Part shown: piece after piece, positions 37,000-50,403 of the stretch
Layout of the letters: each line of letters starts with the position of its first letter
How positions within the stretch are numbered: the first letter of the stretch is position 1
DNA from: Felis catus
Taxonomy: Eukaryota
Assembly (NCBI RefSeq): GCF_018350175.1
Contig: NC_058368.1
Location: 143,532,001 to 143,596,000 of the forward strand
Direction of reading: 5' to 3'
DNA length: 64,000 nucleotides
Translations under genes and position numbers: made by a program
The notes under the pieces: model-generated
Told to the model about the DNA's origin: nothing
Databases searched by the model: none
The model's input: only the letters and a program-made list of their open reading frames with translations

Positions 37000-37153
37000 A
37001 CCTAATCGCCCCTCGGAGTTTCTTCAAATTCTCACCACCCCAGCATCTGATTTGGGAGGTCTGGAATGAGACCCAGGCACGTGTGTTTTCAGAACACTTC
37101 ATATAGGAGATTCTGAAATGCATCATACCCCCCCACACAGTTGAGAGTCGCTG
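37000..37153. mobile_element. MER5B-like relic
   Basis: ggtctggaatgagacccagg...ggagattctgaaatgca...cagttgagagtcgctg. Confidence 0.55.
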
Positions 37154-37532
37154 AGGTACGTAGGGCTGAGTCCTGGAATTTGCTATGATGTGGGAGAAGA
37201 TGGCATGGATTCGTTTGCAAAAACTGGGTGGGTGTCAAGTGACTCAGGAAAGGAGGACAAGGAGAGCAGGTGGCTGTGCCAGCAGATTCGGGAAAGCGCG
37301 GGGGCTCCCATTCTTGTGTTCAGCGGATATGCCTCTCCCAACCACACAGAGTGCCAGAGAGCACATAAGAGACTCAGAAAATCTATAAAAGCTGAGAACA
37401 ACCGAGGATAACCACATTTCTCTGAAATATCACGGTCATTCTTCTAAAGGAATGGAAATGGGGAGGGAAAAAAAACTATTGATAATGGAAAGGCACTGGG
37501 GAATCAGCAAAGTTGTAGTAGTTTGTGTGCAG

Positions 37533-37565
37533 CACTGCCCTCTGCTGGTTACAGTCGGACCTGCA
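37533..37565 (-). promoter_or_regulatory. Candidate CTCF site with core plus upstream (ZF9-11) motif
   Basis: Minus strand reads TGCAGGTCC-GACTG-TAACCAGCAGAGGGCAGTG; the core matches CCASYAGRKGGCRS and the TGCAG..CC module lies 5 bp upstream. Confidence 0.65.
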
Positions 37566-37911
37566 GCTGTATGGCAACAGCATCCCTGACTTCTTGCGTG
37601 CACCGTGGAGAAGACAGGTGAGTGGGGCTTGTGAGCAATTGGAGGTGAAGGCACGAACTAGCGTAAGACCACACATATGACTTTCAGGTGAAAGTTGAGC
37701 CTGGAAATTTAGACTTGGAAATCTTCCAGTTAGCTATGTTCAGAAAAAACAAACTGTTGAGGAAAAACTGCCGGGGCCCTGAAAAAGTTTCATTGGAAAA
37801 TATTTTGATGTGCATTTAATGGGCACAGTCACCTAGAAATAAGCTACAGAGGTAGAATTTTTTCCTGGAATGAATTAATGAACTTTCGAAAAGGTTTGGC
37901 ATTTCTATGCT

Positions 37912-38125
37912 GTTAATAATAACGTCCAACATTTATTGAACATTATTGGCCGCTTGTATGCGTTACATCAATTAACTTTCATAACAACCCAATGAGACAA
38001 GAACTATTATCATCTATACTTGACTGGTGAGGTAAGTGAGGTGTAACGAGTATGAGTACTATAGCCAAGGTCACAAAACCTGGGCTGGGCAAGGAATGAA
38101 GCCTAGAACCATTATGCCATCAACT
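37912..38125 (-). mobile_element. MIR SINE
   Basis: aacatttattgaac...ataacaacccaatgag...actattatcatc...gccaaggtcaca. Confidence 0.7.
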
Positions 38126-38149
38126 GTTGTATCACATACATGAAAAAAT

Positions 38150-38540
38150 GTATAATCGCTCAAACATCAGCGATATTTATTTTGTGTTCGTGTAATGGGG
38201 CCACTCAGGTGTTTCTTGTGAATGGGTGCATCTCTTCCTCCATGTGCTGGTTTAAAGACTCAGACCTCCCCTGGCTTGCAGCTCCTTTTAACTGGGTCCG
38301 GTCATTTTCATACACCTCTCGGCAGCCAGAAGAAGAGAAAAGAGCAAAGAGAAAGCACTTCTTAATACTTGTTAAAAACTGTGGCTCACATTCCAGTGAA
38401 TAGAACTAGTCCATTGGCCACACAATGCCAAGGTGGCCAAGAAATGTGGTCTCTGGCTCATCGGCCACTTTCCAGCACCAACTCTACACCATGGGAAGGG
38501 GAGCAGGGATTCGCGTGGTCAGCTGGCCACCTCTGACCTC
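38150..38540 (-). mobile_element. Old MLT1-family LTR
   Basis: gctcacattccagtgaatagaactagtcc...gaaatgtggtctctggct...ggggagcagggatt...ggtcagctggcc. Confidence 0.55.
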
Positions 38541-38689
38541 CTTCCAGTAACTCTGATGGCATGGTTCACTGGCTCAGGTCACACCTGTTCAGGGAGGATG
38601 GAGGAAACCGATCACTACCCAAGTGAATAATACCACAGCAAGATCCTGAAACTGGGGTCTTTAGCAATAACCCACTTGTACTTTTCCTG

Positions 38690-38855
38690 CTAACAAAGCA
38701 TTTTCATGCTTATTTTCTCATTTAATCCTCACAACTCCTGGGGGTGGGTTAATGATTTTTATTTCCCACCTAATAAAACCAAGTGTAAGCAGTCAGGTGG
38801 TTTGCCCAAATTCTCACAGCTGGGGCTCAGAATTCTCGTTTCCAGATCCTTGAAA
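38690..38855 (-). mobile_element. MIR fragment
   Basis: tctcatttaatcctcacaactcct...tttgcccaaattctcacagct. Confidence 0.65.
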
Positions 38856-40486
38856 TAGTGGTGGCTGCTCAGCTAGATGGAGCTCGACCGAAATATTTTA
38901 TGGTGAGATGAGAGGAGTAGGCAGAGCAGAAACAGGTGATGCTGCCCATGGCCTGAATAATTGCTTATTAAACAGGGACCTGGTGACTCTGTCCAATCTC
39001 TGCCAGGAATTCTAAAATTGGAAAAGGATGACAGTGAAGCAGAAGGGAAGCAACAAAGGGAGGAGAGGGAAAGAGGCTCTTGGAGAGTCACCAAGGTTCT
39101 CAAAATGTGTCCTTGTTTTCTTTCGTACCAAATGCAGAGAACGATCAACTATGGTACATTTCACAATTTATCAATTTACATTGCAGATTCTCTTTACCTT
39201 TGGTAATTCTATCGTGTTCTTAATTGTTACAGCATTTCCCTTCTTCGAGTTTAGGAGGGGTCTTTACTTCCATCTACTCCACGCCTCCTTTTTGCTTATC
39301 AGAGTCGCCCATAACAACCTGGTAAAAAGGAGGGACTATCACTATTTTATTCGCCAAGTTTCCATTCTGTGCTAGTTAAAACTTGTATATTTTTTGTGAA
39401 ATTATTTTAATATACACAAGGCAGAAAAGTAATATATACACATAGAGACACTCAACAAGTGAATTAACAATTTTTAGCATTTTTCACATATTTTTCGGTT
39501 AGTGATTTTTAGATTAATTCCATTCTGTTTGGAGAGTAGAATTTGCTTTCAGTTATTTTACATTTGCCAAGGCTTACTTATGACACAGAATGTGATCTAT
39601 CTTCGGAATGTTTATTGTGTGCGTGAAAAGAATACATATTCTGTTCTCTGTAAATACTATACAGGTCAAGTGTGTTGGTAGTGTTGTTCAGATCTTCTGT
39701 GTGCTTGCTGATTTTCTGTCTGTGGTTCTATTGATCAGTGAGAGAAGATTGTTGAAATCTCCAACAATAACTGTGGATTTGTCTGTTTCTTCTTTCACTT
39801 TTTGCTTCATGTATTTGGAACTTCTCTTTGTAGGTGCATACACATTTAAATTGATAGATCTTCTTGGTGAGTTGAGCCCTTTATTATTATGAAGTGCCCC
39901 TCTTTATTTCTGAAATATTCCTTAATCTGGAATCTGCTTTGTCAATAATAAAACCACTTCAGTGTGTATTTGACTAATTTATATTGGAATTATTTGTGTT
40001 CCATCTAAATTTATCTGTTGGCTTTTTTTAGTGGTTTTAGTGGTGCACTAGTAGTTAGAATATATACACCTAAATTTTCATAGTCTACTTAAAGGTAATA
40101 TTTTACCACTTAAAGTAAACTATAGTGTCTTTAGACCATACTGGTCTACTCTCCCCTCTTTATGTTGCATTTGTCAAGTGTAGTATATCTACATACACAG
40201 AAATGTCAGCCATATATTCTTAGGATTTTTGCTTTCAACAGTCCTATCTATAAGTAGGGGGAGAGAAATGGTTTTTATTAACCCGGATATCTACCCTATC
40301 GGCTCTTCTTCATTCCCTAAGTTTCAGGTTTTCCTCTGATACCCTCTTCCTTCTGCCTGAAGAGCTTCCTTTAGTATTTCTTTGAAGGAAGGTCTGTTGG
40401 CAACAAACTTCTTACTTTCCTTCATGACTGAAGACCCCATGGGGCCATGACTAGTTTGAAGGCTCTAGAGGAAAAACGGGAAAAAC

Positions 40487-40514
40487 GGGGGGGGGCGGGG
40501 GGGGGTGGTGGTGG
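40487..40514. repeat. G-rich run with G-quadruplex potential
   Basis: G-run, C, G-run, then tggtggtggtgg. Confidence 0.85.
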
Positions 40515-40618
40515 TAAATCCTGGAAACCCATGCCCATGTAGGTTGCTTCTTCAAATTTTGATACCCCTTCTCAATCTGCCTGCTTTTCTTTTCAGAGTC
40601 CTCAGATAATTGCTTTTT

Positions 40619-40666
40619 GTATTTTTTCCAGTATTTTCCAGTATTTTTCCAGTATTTTCCAGTATT
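40619..40666. repeat. Short tandem repeat of gtatttt(t)cca, about 4.5 copies
   Basis: Direct reading. Confidence 0.85.
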
Positions 40667-43600
40667 TAGTGCGATAGTTTGCAGGGGCTTAATCCATCTT
40701 GCCTCAAGTCTGTTTCCTCTAGTTTCATTGAATTTTATCGTCTTTTTCTAGCTTCTTAAGATGAAAACTTAGATCATTGTTTGGAGAATTTTTTCTATGT
40801 AAGCAATTTAAAGGTATAAATATCCCTCAAGACACTGCTTTGATTGTATCCCACAAATTTTAATGTGTTTGATCTCTATGATCTTTTAGTTCAAAATATT
40901 TTATGTTTTTCTTTGTGATTTCTTCCTCGATGAGCTAATTAGAAGTGCATTGTTTAATTTCTGAATATTTAGAGGCTCTTAATTTATCTTTTATGTTAAT
41001 GATTTCATCAATTCTGATGTGATCACAGAACATATTAAGTATAATTTCAATGAAATACATTGAGATTTGTTTTATGGCCCAGTGCAACCATGTATAAGTT
41101 GAATACGTGCACTTGAAGATATTATTGTATTTTGTGGTGTGATGTTCTATAAATGTTAGACCGAGTGTGGTTCAGATCTCCTATGTCTCTACCAATTTTG
41201 CATTCTATCAATTACTGAAAAAAATGTTGAAATTTTGTAGTTCTTCTTAAGTTTTATTTCATTAGTTTTTGCTTTATGTATTTTTTGAATCTCTGAATTT
41301 GGATGTATTCACATGTAGGATTTTATTACTACAAAACATCTCTCTTATCTTTCATGATAATCATTGCCTTGAAATCCATTTCATCTACTATAAATACAGC
41401 CATTCAGTTTTCATGATTATCTTTCTAGTGTAGCTTTTCCCATCTTGGCCTTTAACTTCTGAGTTTTTAAAGTGGGTTTTCTTGTACAGAACACTTGTTG
41501 GGGTTGTCTAGTTTGGCCATCTCTGCCTTTTATTTCATGTATTTGACAATTTATATTTAATATAATTATTGATATAGTTGGGTTTAAATATAATATTTTA
41601 CTATTTGTTTTCTATTTGTTCCAATTTATCTCTGTTGCTTCTTCTCCTCTTCTCCTACCCTCTTTTGGATTTATTGAGGATTTTTACTATTCCATTGTAT
41701 CTCCTCTATTGGCATATTGACCATACCTCTTTTATTGACTTGCTAAATGTTGTTCTGAAGTTCACAATATCCATGTTTAACTTAGCACAACCCATCTTCA
41801 AACAATACACGATTTTGCATCTGTATATTTCTACTTCTCCCTTCTATCCTCTGTATTATCACTGTCATACATGTTACCCCTGCAAATGTTACAAAGCCCA
41901 CAATACACTGTTACCAGTTTTGCTTTACACAATCAAATGTCTTATTAAAGAAGTTTAAAAATGAGAAATAAGTATATTATATTTCTCCCTTCATATTAAA
42001 TATTTATCTTTTACCTTTAGTTATCTTTTTTGTGCAGACACAGATTTCTTTCCGGTATTATTTCTTTCAGCTTGAAAAATACCCTCCTTCATTTCTTTTA
42101 GTGTGAGTCTGCTGCAATGAAGGCACCTAGTTTTGGCTTCCCTGAAATAAAACATGTTTTTATTTTTGTCCTTACTTTTGAAGAATATTTTTACTGGATA
42201 TAGATTCTGTATTAATAGCTTTTTTCCCTTTCAGCACTTCACAAATGTTATTTCATTTTCTTTTGTCTTGTTACTTCTTTTCAGAAGTCACTAGAATTTT
42301 TTTAAATCTTTGTTCCCCTCTATGTAATGTGTTTGTTTTGTTTGGGCTGCCTTTAAGATTTTTGCCTTTGTTACTCATTTGCTGAACTTGGATCTATGGG
42401 TATACAGTTTTCATCAAGTTTGAAAAAATTTGGTCATTTCTTCAAATTCCATGAATAGGGTTAGTCTTTACATTCTTTCAAGTTGTCCTTGGTATCTCTA
42501 AGTGGCATCTTAAAGTTGTCTTCTTATAGATCTTAAATATTTCTTATTTATTTCTAGGTATTTATATTTTTGTTGTAGTGGCTGTTATAAATGAGGTTTC
42601 TTTGTTACTATATGTTCCAAATGGTTGTTGCTTTTATAGAGGAAGACCGCTATGCATTAATCTCTATATTAATCTTGTCCCAACCACCTTACTGTATTCC
42701 ATTATTGCTTCCTGTTCATTTGCCTGTATTTTCCAGGTGCATTTAATATCAGGAAGTGCTACTGTGATTGTATTTCAAGATAATTCCCTTTCTTCATGAT
42801 ATAAGGCATATTTCATCTTCAGTAAGTAGCATTTCCTATAGAGCCTGATGAGCCTGTATTATACAGGCATCTGTTGTACTTGGTTCATTAGCCCTTTGTA
42901 GGATTAATTCTTGGATACTTTTTTTTTTTTTTTTTTTTTACTGTAACTTCCTTTAGTTATGGTTTGGAGAAATTTTGACTAACACCCGCACATGGTACAA
43001 TTTTGGAAGTTTGATTTCTAGAGGTCTACTTTTTTACCACCCACAACATTGGGCAGATGGTCAGCTTCCTGCCACATCCTTAGACCAGTGGGCTGAGTTT
43101 TCTAGTCCTTATTTCATGGAAGGAACAGCCTTCTCTGGCTTTTAGCTTTACTCAAAGAGGTCAGTTTCTGCTTCTAACCACCAGCCAGCCAGAGGCTTAA
43201 TTCTCTCTTCTTTGTGTCTTAAAACCCAACTTCAATGCCAGCACCTATTTCTGGTATCCCTGTAGGCCATTTGCTCTTAGCACCTGCTCAACTTTTTGGG
43301 TTTGAGTTTCAACTTCTTTTCTGGGACCTGGGAATTTTCCTTGCTTAGTTTTGAGTTTGGCTATGAAATAATGATGATAATAGTAATGACAACAACAGCA
43401 ACACATGTGGTTGCTGTTGTTGTCATTATATTTTATAGAGAATTTACATGGGCTTGGAGCATAATGAGAAACTTGCCAAGTCAGTTCAATCTGTGCTGTT
43501 GACCAGGATTTCCTGATAATCTCTTAAGTAATCCTGAAATATGTTCTTTACTGCCACAGAGAGGAATTAGTTATCCTCTGAATATCTTGGGCCCTGGAAA

Positions 43601-44789
43601 TAAAAGATACCGATTGTTCGTATTCGCTTGTGCACTCAGCAATTTCCTTCACAACCTCCATTCTACTCTTTTATATACAAACATCTATTGAACATCTATT
43701 TTGTGCCAGGAACTACGCTGGCATATAAAACTTAATACAGTGACATCACTTGCTTATAAGACATGACTCTATGGTACAGGGTCAGGGAATACTTTTCATA
43801 CACTCTAAGTACCAGACAGGCATGCGGGCAGTGCATTTGCAGGGAAATGTTGCTTAAACGTTTTGTGTAGACCATGTGTCTGTTTTTTATTTTTCTTTTA
43901 CATCCTGGGAATAATAACAGACAGTGGGAAAGTAGGCAACAGGAGATAGGGAAGAGAGTGGGAGTCACCCTGAGAATCAAGACACTTGGCTACTGATACT
44001 TGTCACTAACCAGTCAGAGGCTGTCAACCCCAGCTGCCCTTCAGAAGCCACCCACCTGAGGTCCTGACTCAGCAGATCTGGAGTGGGTCCTAAGTATTTG
44101 CATATTTAGAAGTTTATGTGATTTAATATATGATTAAGACTGAACATTAACCTAATGTTACAACCTTGGGTTAGTCATTTTAACCCTTATTTTCTCTGTG
44201 CCCTCAACTGGGAAATGAAGCAGGTAATTCCCAGTTAACACATAATAGTTGCCCAAGAAGACTGTTTTGTGACCATTGTTGTTTTTGGTGATAATACTAT
44301 TGTGTAATCCCACTGCTTTTAGCAGCTTAGTTGGTATTTTTCCTGAGAAAAGTGCCAATAACCTCAAATGAAAAGCAGACTACTTTTCCTATCATCCAGT
44401 GTTTTAATTTGGCTTCCCAAAATTAAGTAATGGTGCTTGTTGTAACAGCTTTGCCAGTCACAGGACCTGCCGTTACACACAGTATTACAAAGTAACGAGA
44501 CTGAGTGTTAGGATTTGTGGAATCTGCCTTCTTGCCTTTCAGTAACACCTCAGGGGTGTGTGGGCAGGCAGGAGAGTGTGAATCGTAATTGTTACTGAAC
44601 CCAGTTGGAAGACTACAGCAGGTGCCCAGAGGTTAAGGTTCCAAATGTTTCTCATTAATTATCTTCAAAACAACCTCTCATCCTAAAAAAGCCCCAATTA
44701 GGGAGCAACACATGGCTTTGAAAGCCATGGTGGTAAATTTCCTGAGGTACTGGTTTTCATTTGGGGAATTGGTGAAGCACAATGGGGAA

Positions 44790-45020
44790 AACGTGGACTC
44801 TGGAGCCAGCCAGGCTGGGTTCAAATTCTACTGCTACCACTTAACGGTTTGATGACACCGGGTGAATTACTCCATCGTTTGTGCCTCAGTGTCCTCATTG
44901 GAACTATGGAGATAATGATAATGACACCTATGTCACAAAGCTGTTACACAAATTAAATCAGTTAACCCATGCATGACATTTAGGACTATGCTTGGAGTAT
45001 GTAAACATTCAAGAAGTCCT
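44790..45020 (+). mobile_element. MIR SINE
   Basis: tggactctggagccagccaggctgggttcaaattct...gtgcctcagtgtcctcatt. Confidence 0.85.
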
Positions 45021-45125
45021 GGCTTTAAATTTACTCCGAGACAAAAATTAAATCTATAGGGACAAAGTGCAAAGTGGGGGCACACATCAGGCTTGTGGAG
45101 AAGACATCTGGGGGATGGGTCGGGC

Positions 45126-45340
45126 TTTTTTTTTTTTTTTTAATTTTTTAGTGTGTTATTCATTTTCTGAGAGAGAGAGAGAGAGAGAGAGCAAGGGAGG
45201 GGCAGAGAGAGAGAGGGAGACACAGAATCCGAAGCAAGCGCCACGGCCCGCAACCTGATGTGGGGCTCGAACTCACGAACCATGAGATCATGACCTGAGC
45301 TGTAGTCAGACATTTAACTGACTGAGCCACCCAGGCGCCC
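45126..45340 (-). mobile_element. CanSINE
   Basis: T-tail, (GA)n, actgagccacccaggcgccc; flanks share atgggt(c/t)gggcttt. Confidence 0.93.
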
Positions 45341-46409
45341 AGGTGGGGGCATGGGTTGGGCTTTACCGAAGTTCTTACATGGCATTTTCTGGTCCGTCTA
45401 ATGCAAGGCCAGCCTTGCCTGGAGTGCAAGCCCACCTCTGGCTGGCCAGGTTGACAAGGACTGGACTGAGGATCCCACAGACAGCGTATGAGGCCAGACC
45501 ACAAGACACTGGGTCAGACAGTGAAGAGTTCTTTGCATCTGTCAGCCCCACCGCGGTTTCCCCCTCAGCCTCTCCCTCACTCCTTTTAGCTCTTTCCCCT
45601 CCTTCTGCCCAAGCCTGGCCTCCACTTCATCTGCCTCATCCCTAGGCATTTCTCCACCTAGAGATCATCCTCAGGGCTTGCAGCCTCTTGTCAAGTCTGA
45701 TGAGTTCCTGGCGCTTTGACCCCACCCTACCCACCTAGAGCAACAGGGTCTTGGGCCCAGCCTCTCCTGCTTCCTAGAATACTAGGACTTGCGTGGAAGT
45801 GAGCCTCCTGTATCCCATGCAGAAAACAGCCATCCTGGCTAGGGAGGGGCAGCTTGTTTTTGCCATTCCCCTGGCAGACTGTTCTCACACACACATTTTG
45901 CTCAGGGCAGTTTTCAGAACACAGACATGCCAAGCTGGCCTCACCTCTTATTAACTGGGACTCAACAGTCGAGTCAGTTTTGGTTTTAATTAAGAGAACA
46001 CAAGGATTGGGGCAAACTTTGCAGAAGTAAGAAACAGGAGCGAAGGAAAGAGATTCAAGCCATGCCTTGTTCTCATTGGAACATTAGATGTTTTGAGAAG
46101 ACAGAGTTGTTACTGAGTCTTCTTCATTATCTCTAAGGAGGGAGAGAACGAACCCACTCATGGAGGGCAAAATTGACTAATGTGTATCCTTTAATGAATT
46201 CTTCTTAGCAACTGGTTTTCAGGACGTTGAGAAGCCCTGTGAGTGTAAAGGGCGTGTTTCATTTCAACAAACTGGGTGGAACTTAGGGAAATGCAAACTT
46301 CTCTACACTCACATATCCTTCCTTCAGTGTATGCGTTTCCACACACAGAGCTGTGTGTACCGGAATGCTGGAGAAATCTGTAGGTGATGAGAAGCCAGTA
46401 GGGTCACTT

Positions 46410-46830
46410 GATTAGTTCCCCAGGATTGCCATGGTAAAATGCCACTAACTGGGGGGCTTAGAACAACAGAAACTTATCACCTCTGAGGTTACAAAACCTC
46501 AGAAGTCAGAAGGGCAACACTTCCTCTGAAAGCATCAGGGAAGGATGTGGCCCAGGTCTCTCTCCGAGCTTCTGGTGTTCGCTGGCTTGTGGCAGTGTGA
46601 CTGTAGTCTACATGTGGTTTGCTCCCTGTGTGTGTATGTGTTCACATCCAGATTTCTCCTTGTTACAAGAATACCAGTCTTGGAGGCCTACCCTATTCCA
46701 CTGTGACTTCATCTTAACTAAGTACGTCTGCAGCAACCCTATTTCAAATGAAGTCACATTCTGGAGTACCAGAGGTTAGGATTTCAGCATATGAATTTGC
46801 AGGGGGGGGGGCACAATTCAGTGTGCACCA
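46410..46830 (-). mobile_element. MLT1C-like MaLR solo LTR
   Basis: ggcttagaacaacagaaacttat...gacttcatcttaacta...gtcacattctggagtacc...gttaggatttcagcatatgaattt. Confidence 0.85.
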
Positions 46831-47547
46831 GCCACAGCTATGTCCTACAAATTTGAATCCTCAAAACTGTGGGACTCTGCTTTGCATAGCCCATCCCATA
46901 GCTCAACACTTCCCTGCTCCTTGACCACACGTTTGCTAGAATGACTCTGGTAATAGCTCTGCATGTGTTGGAAATGAGGCCGGAAATGTGGGCTGGGCTG
47001 AGTGTGCAGAGTCTTAGGGACCGGGTTAGAGCCCGGTGCTTTATCCTAAGGGCAATGGGGCCCATTGAACATTTGTCAACAGAGGGATGGTCAACCTCTA
47101 CAAAGACTCTTTCAACTATAGTGTTGGGAGGAGGAGTGGAGAAAGAAGAAGGCTGTCTCAGTTTTCCAGGCAAGAGACAGAACTGGCTTGAGCCCCACTA
47201 GTGGCAGTGGAGTGGCAGGAAGATGGCTTAGAGAGAGGACTGCTGTGATTTCTTTATCAGTGTCTAGAAAAGAGGAACTCAAAGTGTGTATTATTGTAGT
47301 ATGGGCACTGCCATTTGGGTTTCTGGAGATGGACACTCTAATTTTGGAACAGATTCTCTTGTTTTCGAGGAAATCACCAGGATGAAATCGTTATTCACAC
47401 CAAAGTAAAGCAGGTTGTTCTTGGAACAAGTGATACAGACATCATACATCTGACTGTGACCACTGCAGAGTGAGATGCAAAGTGGTAAGAAATTAGAGAA
47501 AAAAATTCCTGAAGTAAGGATTTAGACTAAATTATTTGTAACCCCCA

Positions 47548-48195
47548 TGTATTGGTTTCCTGTCTGCTGCCACTACAAACCACCACAAACTTAGTGGCTT
47601 AAAATAACACAAATTTACTATCTTACAGTATCCTATCCCTGGGTCAGGATCTGACATGGTTCTCCCGGGGAGAAAATGGAGGAGTTAGCAGTGCTGTGTT
47701 TCTTTTTGGAGGCTGTGAGACTCTTTGCTCTATTTCTTTCTTTCTTTTTTTAATGTTTATTTATTTATTTATTTTTTTTTTTGAGAGAGAAAGAGAGCTT
47801 GAGTGGGGGAGGGGCAGAGAAAGAGGGAGACACAGAATCAGAAGCAGGCTCCAGGCTGAGCTGTCAGCACAGAGCCTGATGCGGGGCTCGAACTCACAAA
47901 CCACGAGATCATGACCTGAGCCAAAGTCAGACGCTTGACCGACTGAGCCACCCAGGCTCCCCTCTTTGTTCTACTTCTAAGGCACCTACATTCCTTGGCA
48001 CATGGCCCCTTCCTCCATCTTCAAAGCCAGTACTGTGGATAATCCAGGGGAATCTCTCTACTCAAGGTCAGCCAATTAGCAAGCTTTATTCCATCTGAAA
48101 CCTGAATTCCCCTTTGCCATGTAACCTAACGAATTCACATTCGTATTGGGATGTGCATGTCGTGGGCGCGGGGGTGCATTATTCTGCCTACCACA
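47548..48195 (-). mobile_element. MLT1D-like MaLR solo LTR interrupted by a SINE
   Basis: tgtattggtttcc...cacaaacttagtggcttaaaataacac...attctgcctaccaca; flanks cccca/ccccc. Confidence 0.85.
47738..47961 (-). mobile_element. CanSINE
   Basis: TSD ctctttg(c/t)tcta(t/c)ttct at 47721-47737 and 47962-47978. Confidence 0.95.
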
Positions 48196-50354
48196 CCCCC
48201 TATGGTGAGTAAATTAGTATAGTGCAGGCAGTGCAAGGCTGAGTAGTGCACTTGTCTTATCTGAGCTCTGGAGAACTTCTCAGGGGCTTTCTCTTGAAGG
48301 AAATGGAGATTCCCAGGGCCAGGTGGGCTGAGTCAGCATGAGCAGACCTGAGTTTGGGAGTAGGGGGCAACACTCCCTGTTCTCTGGGGAGAGGGGTTGG
48401 GGAGGGGGATCCACTCTGCATTGGCATGATATCTTCTAAATAATCTTATTGAGATACAGGAGACTGATAGGAGGTAGACATGGCCTTCAGGTTGGGGGTC
48501 CAGGGCCTGTGACTCCAAGGAACACAACAATCCCCTTCTGTTATTCCCCAGACATTCAGGACATATTGTCACCTGTCCTAGACTGGGGAGTTAGTGATGG
48601 GTGGGGGTGGGGGAGGTGCCATGTTGCCACTTGAAGCGAATTCCTTTAGTAAAACAGCACATCCTGGCTAGCCGAGTGATGGGAGGCAGCGTGAGATGAA
48701 CTGGGGGCCCCAGACCACAGCACTGGAGCCTCAAGTGGTAGATAAAGTGACACACGCTCACCCTCACAGCATCTTCAGGGATTCCCAGAAATGGAAGAGG
48801 GAGACCCTTAGGGGTGGAGGGAGGTGACAGGGGTGAGGGGTGGCGCGGGGGTGCAAAGTAGCTGTTCTGCTAATCCCAGACAGATGCGGGTTTGACGGTG
48901 AAACAGTTGAGACTTTATTTTAGGCTCCTGAAGCAGACATCTGGGTTTCAGGAATTAGACATGGAAGGACTGCGGGAGATGATGGAGGAGAAGGTGTCTG
49001 GCTGACGCTCACATGTTTCCTTGTGGAGCAGGGTGGATTCTCGGTCCCTGGAAGATGCATTTTGAGGAGGCCTGAGGCAGCAAGGATGTAGCCATTTGCC
49101 TTGTGTGCCTGGAACTGGGGCAGCTCCCACAGGCCTAGGTTTAGAGTTGAAGCTTTCTGTGGTAGCAGCACAAAATGAGGGGCATGACTATTGATGCTAA
49201 ACAGGTGAGGGCAGGGAGCACCCTAAAAGCCTCTAGGTCTTTGGGAGGTGGGGCCCCCCTCCTCTCCCAGTACCTATTGCAAAGGTCAGCTACAGGTTTA
49301 GGGCAGTTTCCTCTTCTGGTTCCATCTTCCAAAGGGAGGAGTAGTTTCCCTGTAAGATGTCAGGAAAGACGCCTTTTTAATGAGAGACCTTGGTGCTTGG
49401 GGTCTTCTCACCCTCCCTCTTCACCACCTTGGCCTTCTCCTCCCACTTGCTGTCTTTTCCCTTATTTAGAAGAAAGGTTTGGTTAAGACCATTTGCTTCA
49501 TAAGATATTTTCTGTTTAGTCTTTTTTTTTTTTTTGATTAAAGAAAAAATTGTCAAAGTCTTAGCCTCAGACACCTAGTCCACAATTGTCCATAGGGTTA
49601 CATGTTCCTATATCTGACTTTGTCCAAAATGCAGCCCCTGGAAGAGACCCAACTGATCTTCCGGTTGCAACGGAAGAGAGAACAGTAGTAGTCCAATGAC
49701 AAGCAGCTTTTCACTGCTACCAACTCCACCTGGTTCTGGAAGCAGCAAGAACTTAAACCAGATACTTGTTGTAGGTTCCAAAGGCATTTTGTCTTAGCCA
49801 TGCCCTTGTCCGTCAGACTTGTCTAGTTGTGCCTTCGCCTCTAACTCTTTGATTCAGTTATGTTCTGTGAGGGATCCAAAGAAACAAATCTATTGCCAGT
49901 CTATGCTTAAGCAACTGATGAGAGACGAGGACTATCTACAGGAGGCAGGCAGTTATGCTAGGAGGTTACACTATGAGGCAGTTTGTGAGTAGGTCCCAAC
50001 CATAGTTAAGACTGATGGGCAATTCTGTCAGGGTTCAGAGCAGGTAGAAGGAACTACTGAGGCATTGGTAAATTGGGAACAGAAGACTTTTTGAAATTAT
50101 CCCTTGAAGGATTGTCTCTGCAGAGAGAAAGGAGTAGGGGCATGGAGTAGGGAGAGAGCATAAGGGATATGGTATATGTGTGCATGTTTGCACGTACAGG
50201 CACATAATTGTTATACGTGTCAACGGTGTAAAATTCGAAAGGATAAAAATGTATACAAAGTCTCCCTGTCTCCTAGTCCCTTAGTCACCCAGTTCTCCTC
50301 CCTAGAGACAGAGTTGATATTTAAAAACATTTAATAAATACAGAGAATCCCCCC

Positions 50355-50356
<2 letters not shown>

Positions 50357-50401
<45 letters not shown>
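50357..50401. repeat. (AC)n microsatellite
   Basis: Pure run. Confidence 0.95.

Positions 50402-50403
<2 letters not shown>

Larger units (their letters stand above)
39490..43370 (-). mobile_element. Cluster of ancient L1 (L1M) fragments, mostly antisense
   Basis: T-rich strand with L1 ORF1/ORF2 antisense motifs such as ttgaaatctccaacaataactgtggatttgtct, gtatcccacaaattttaat and ttttgaagaatattttactggatataga-like text. Confidence 0.75.
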
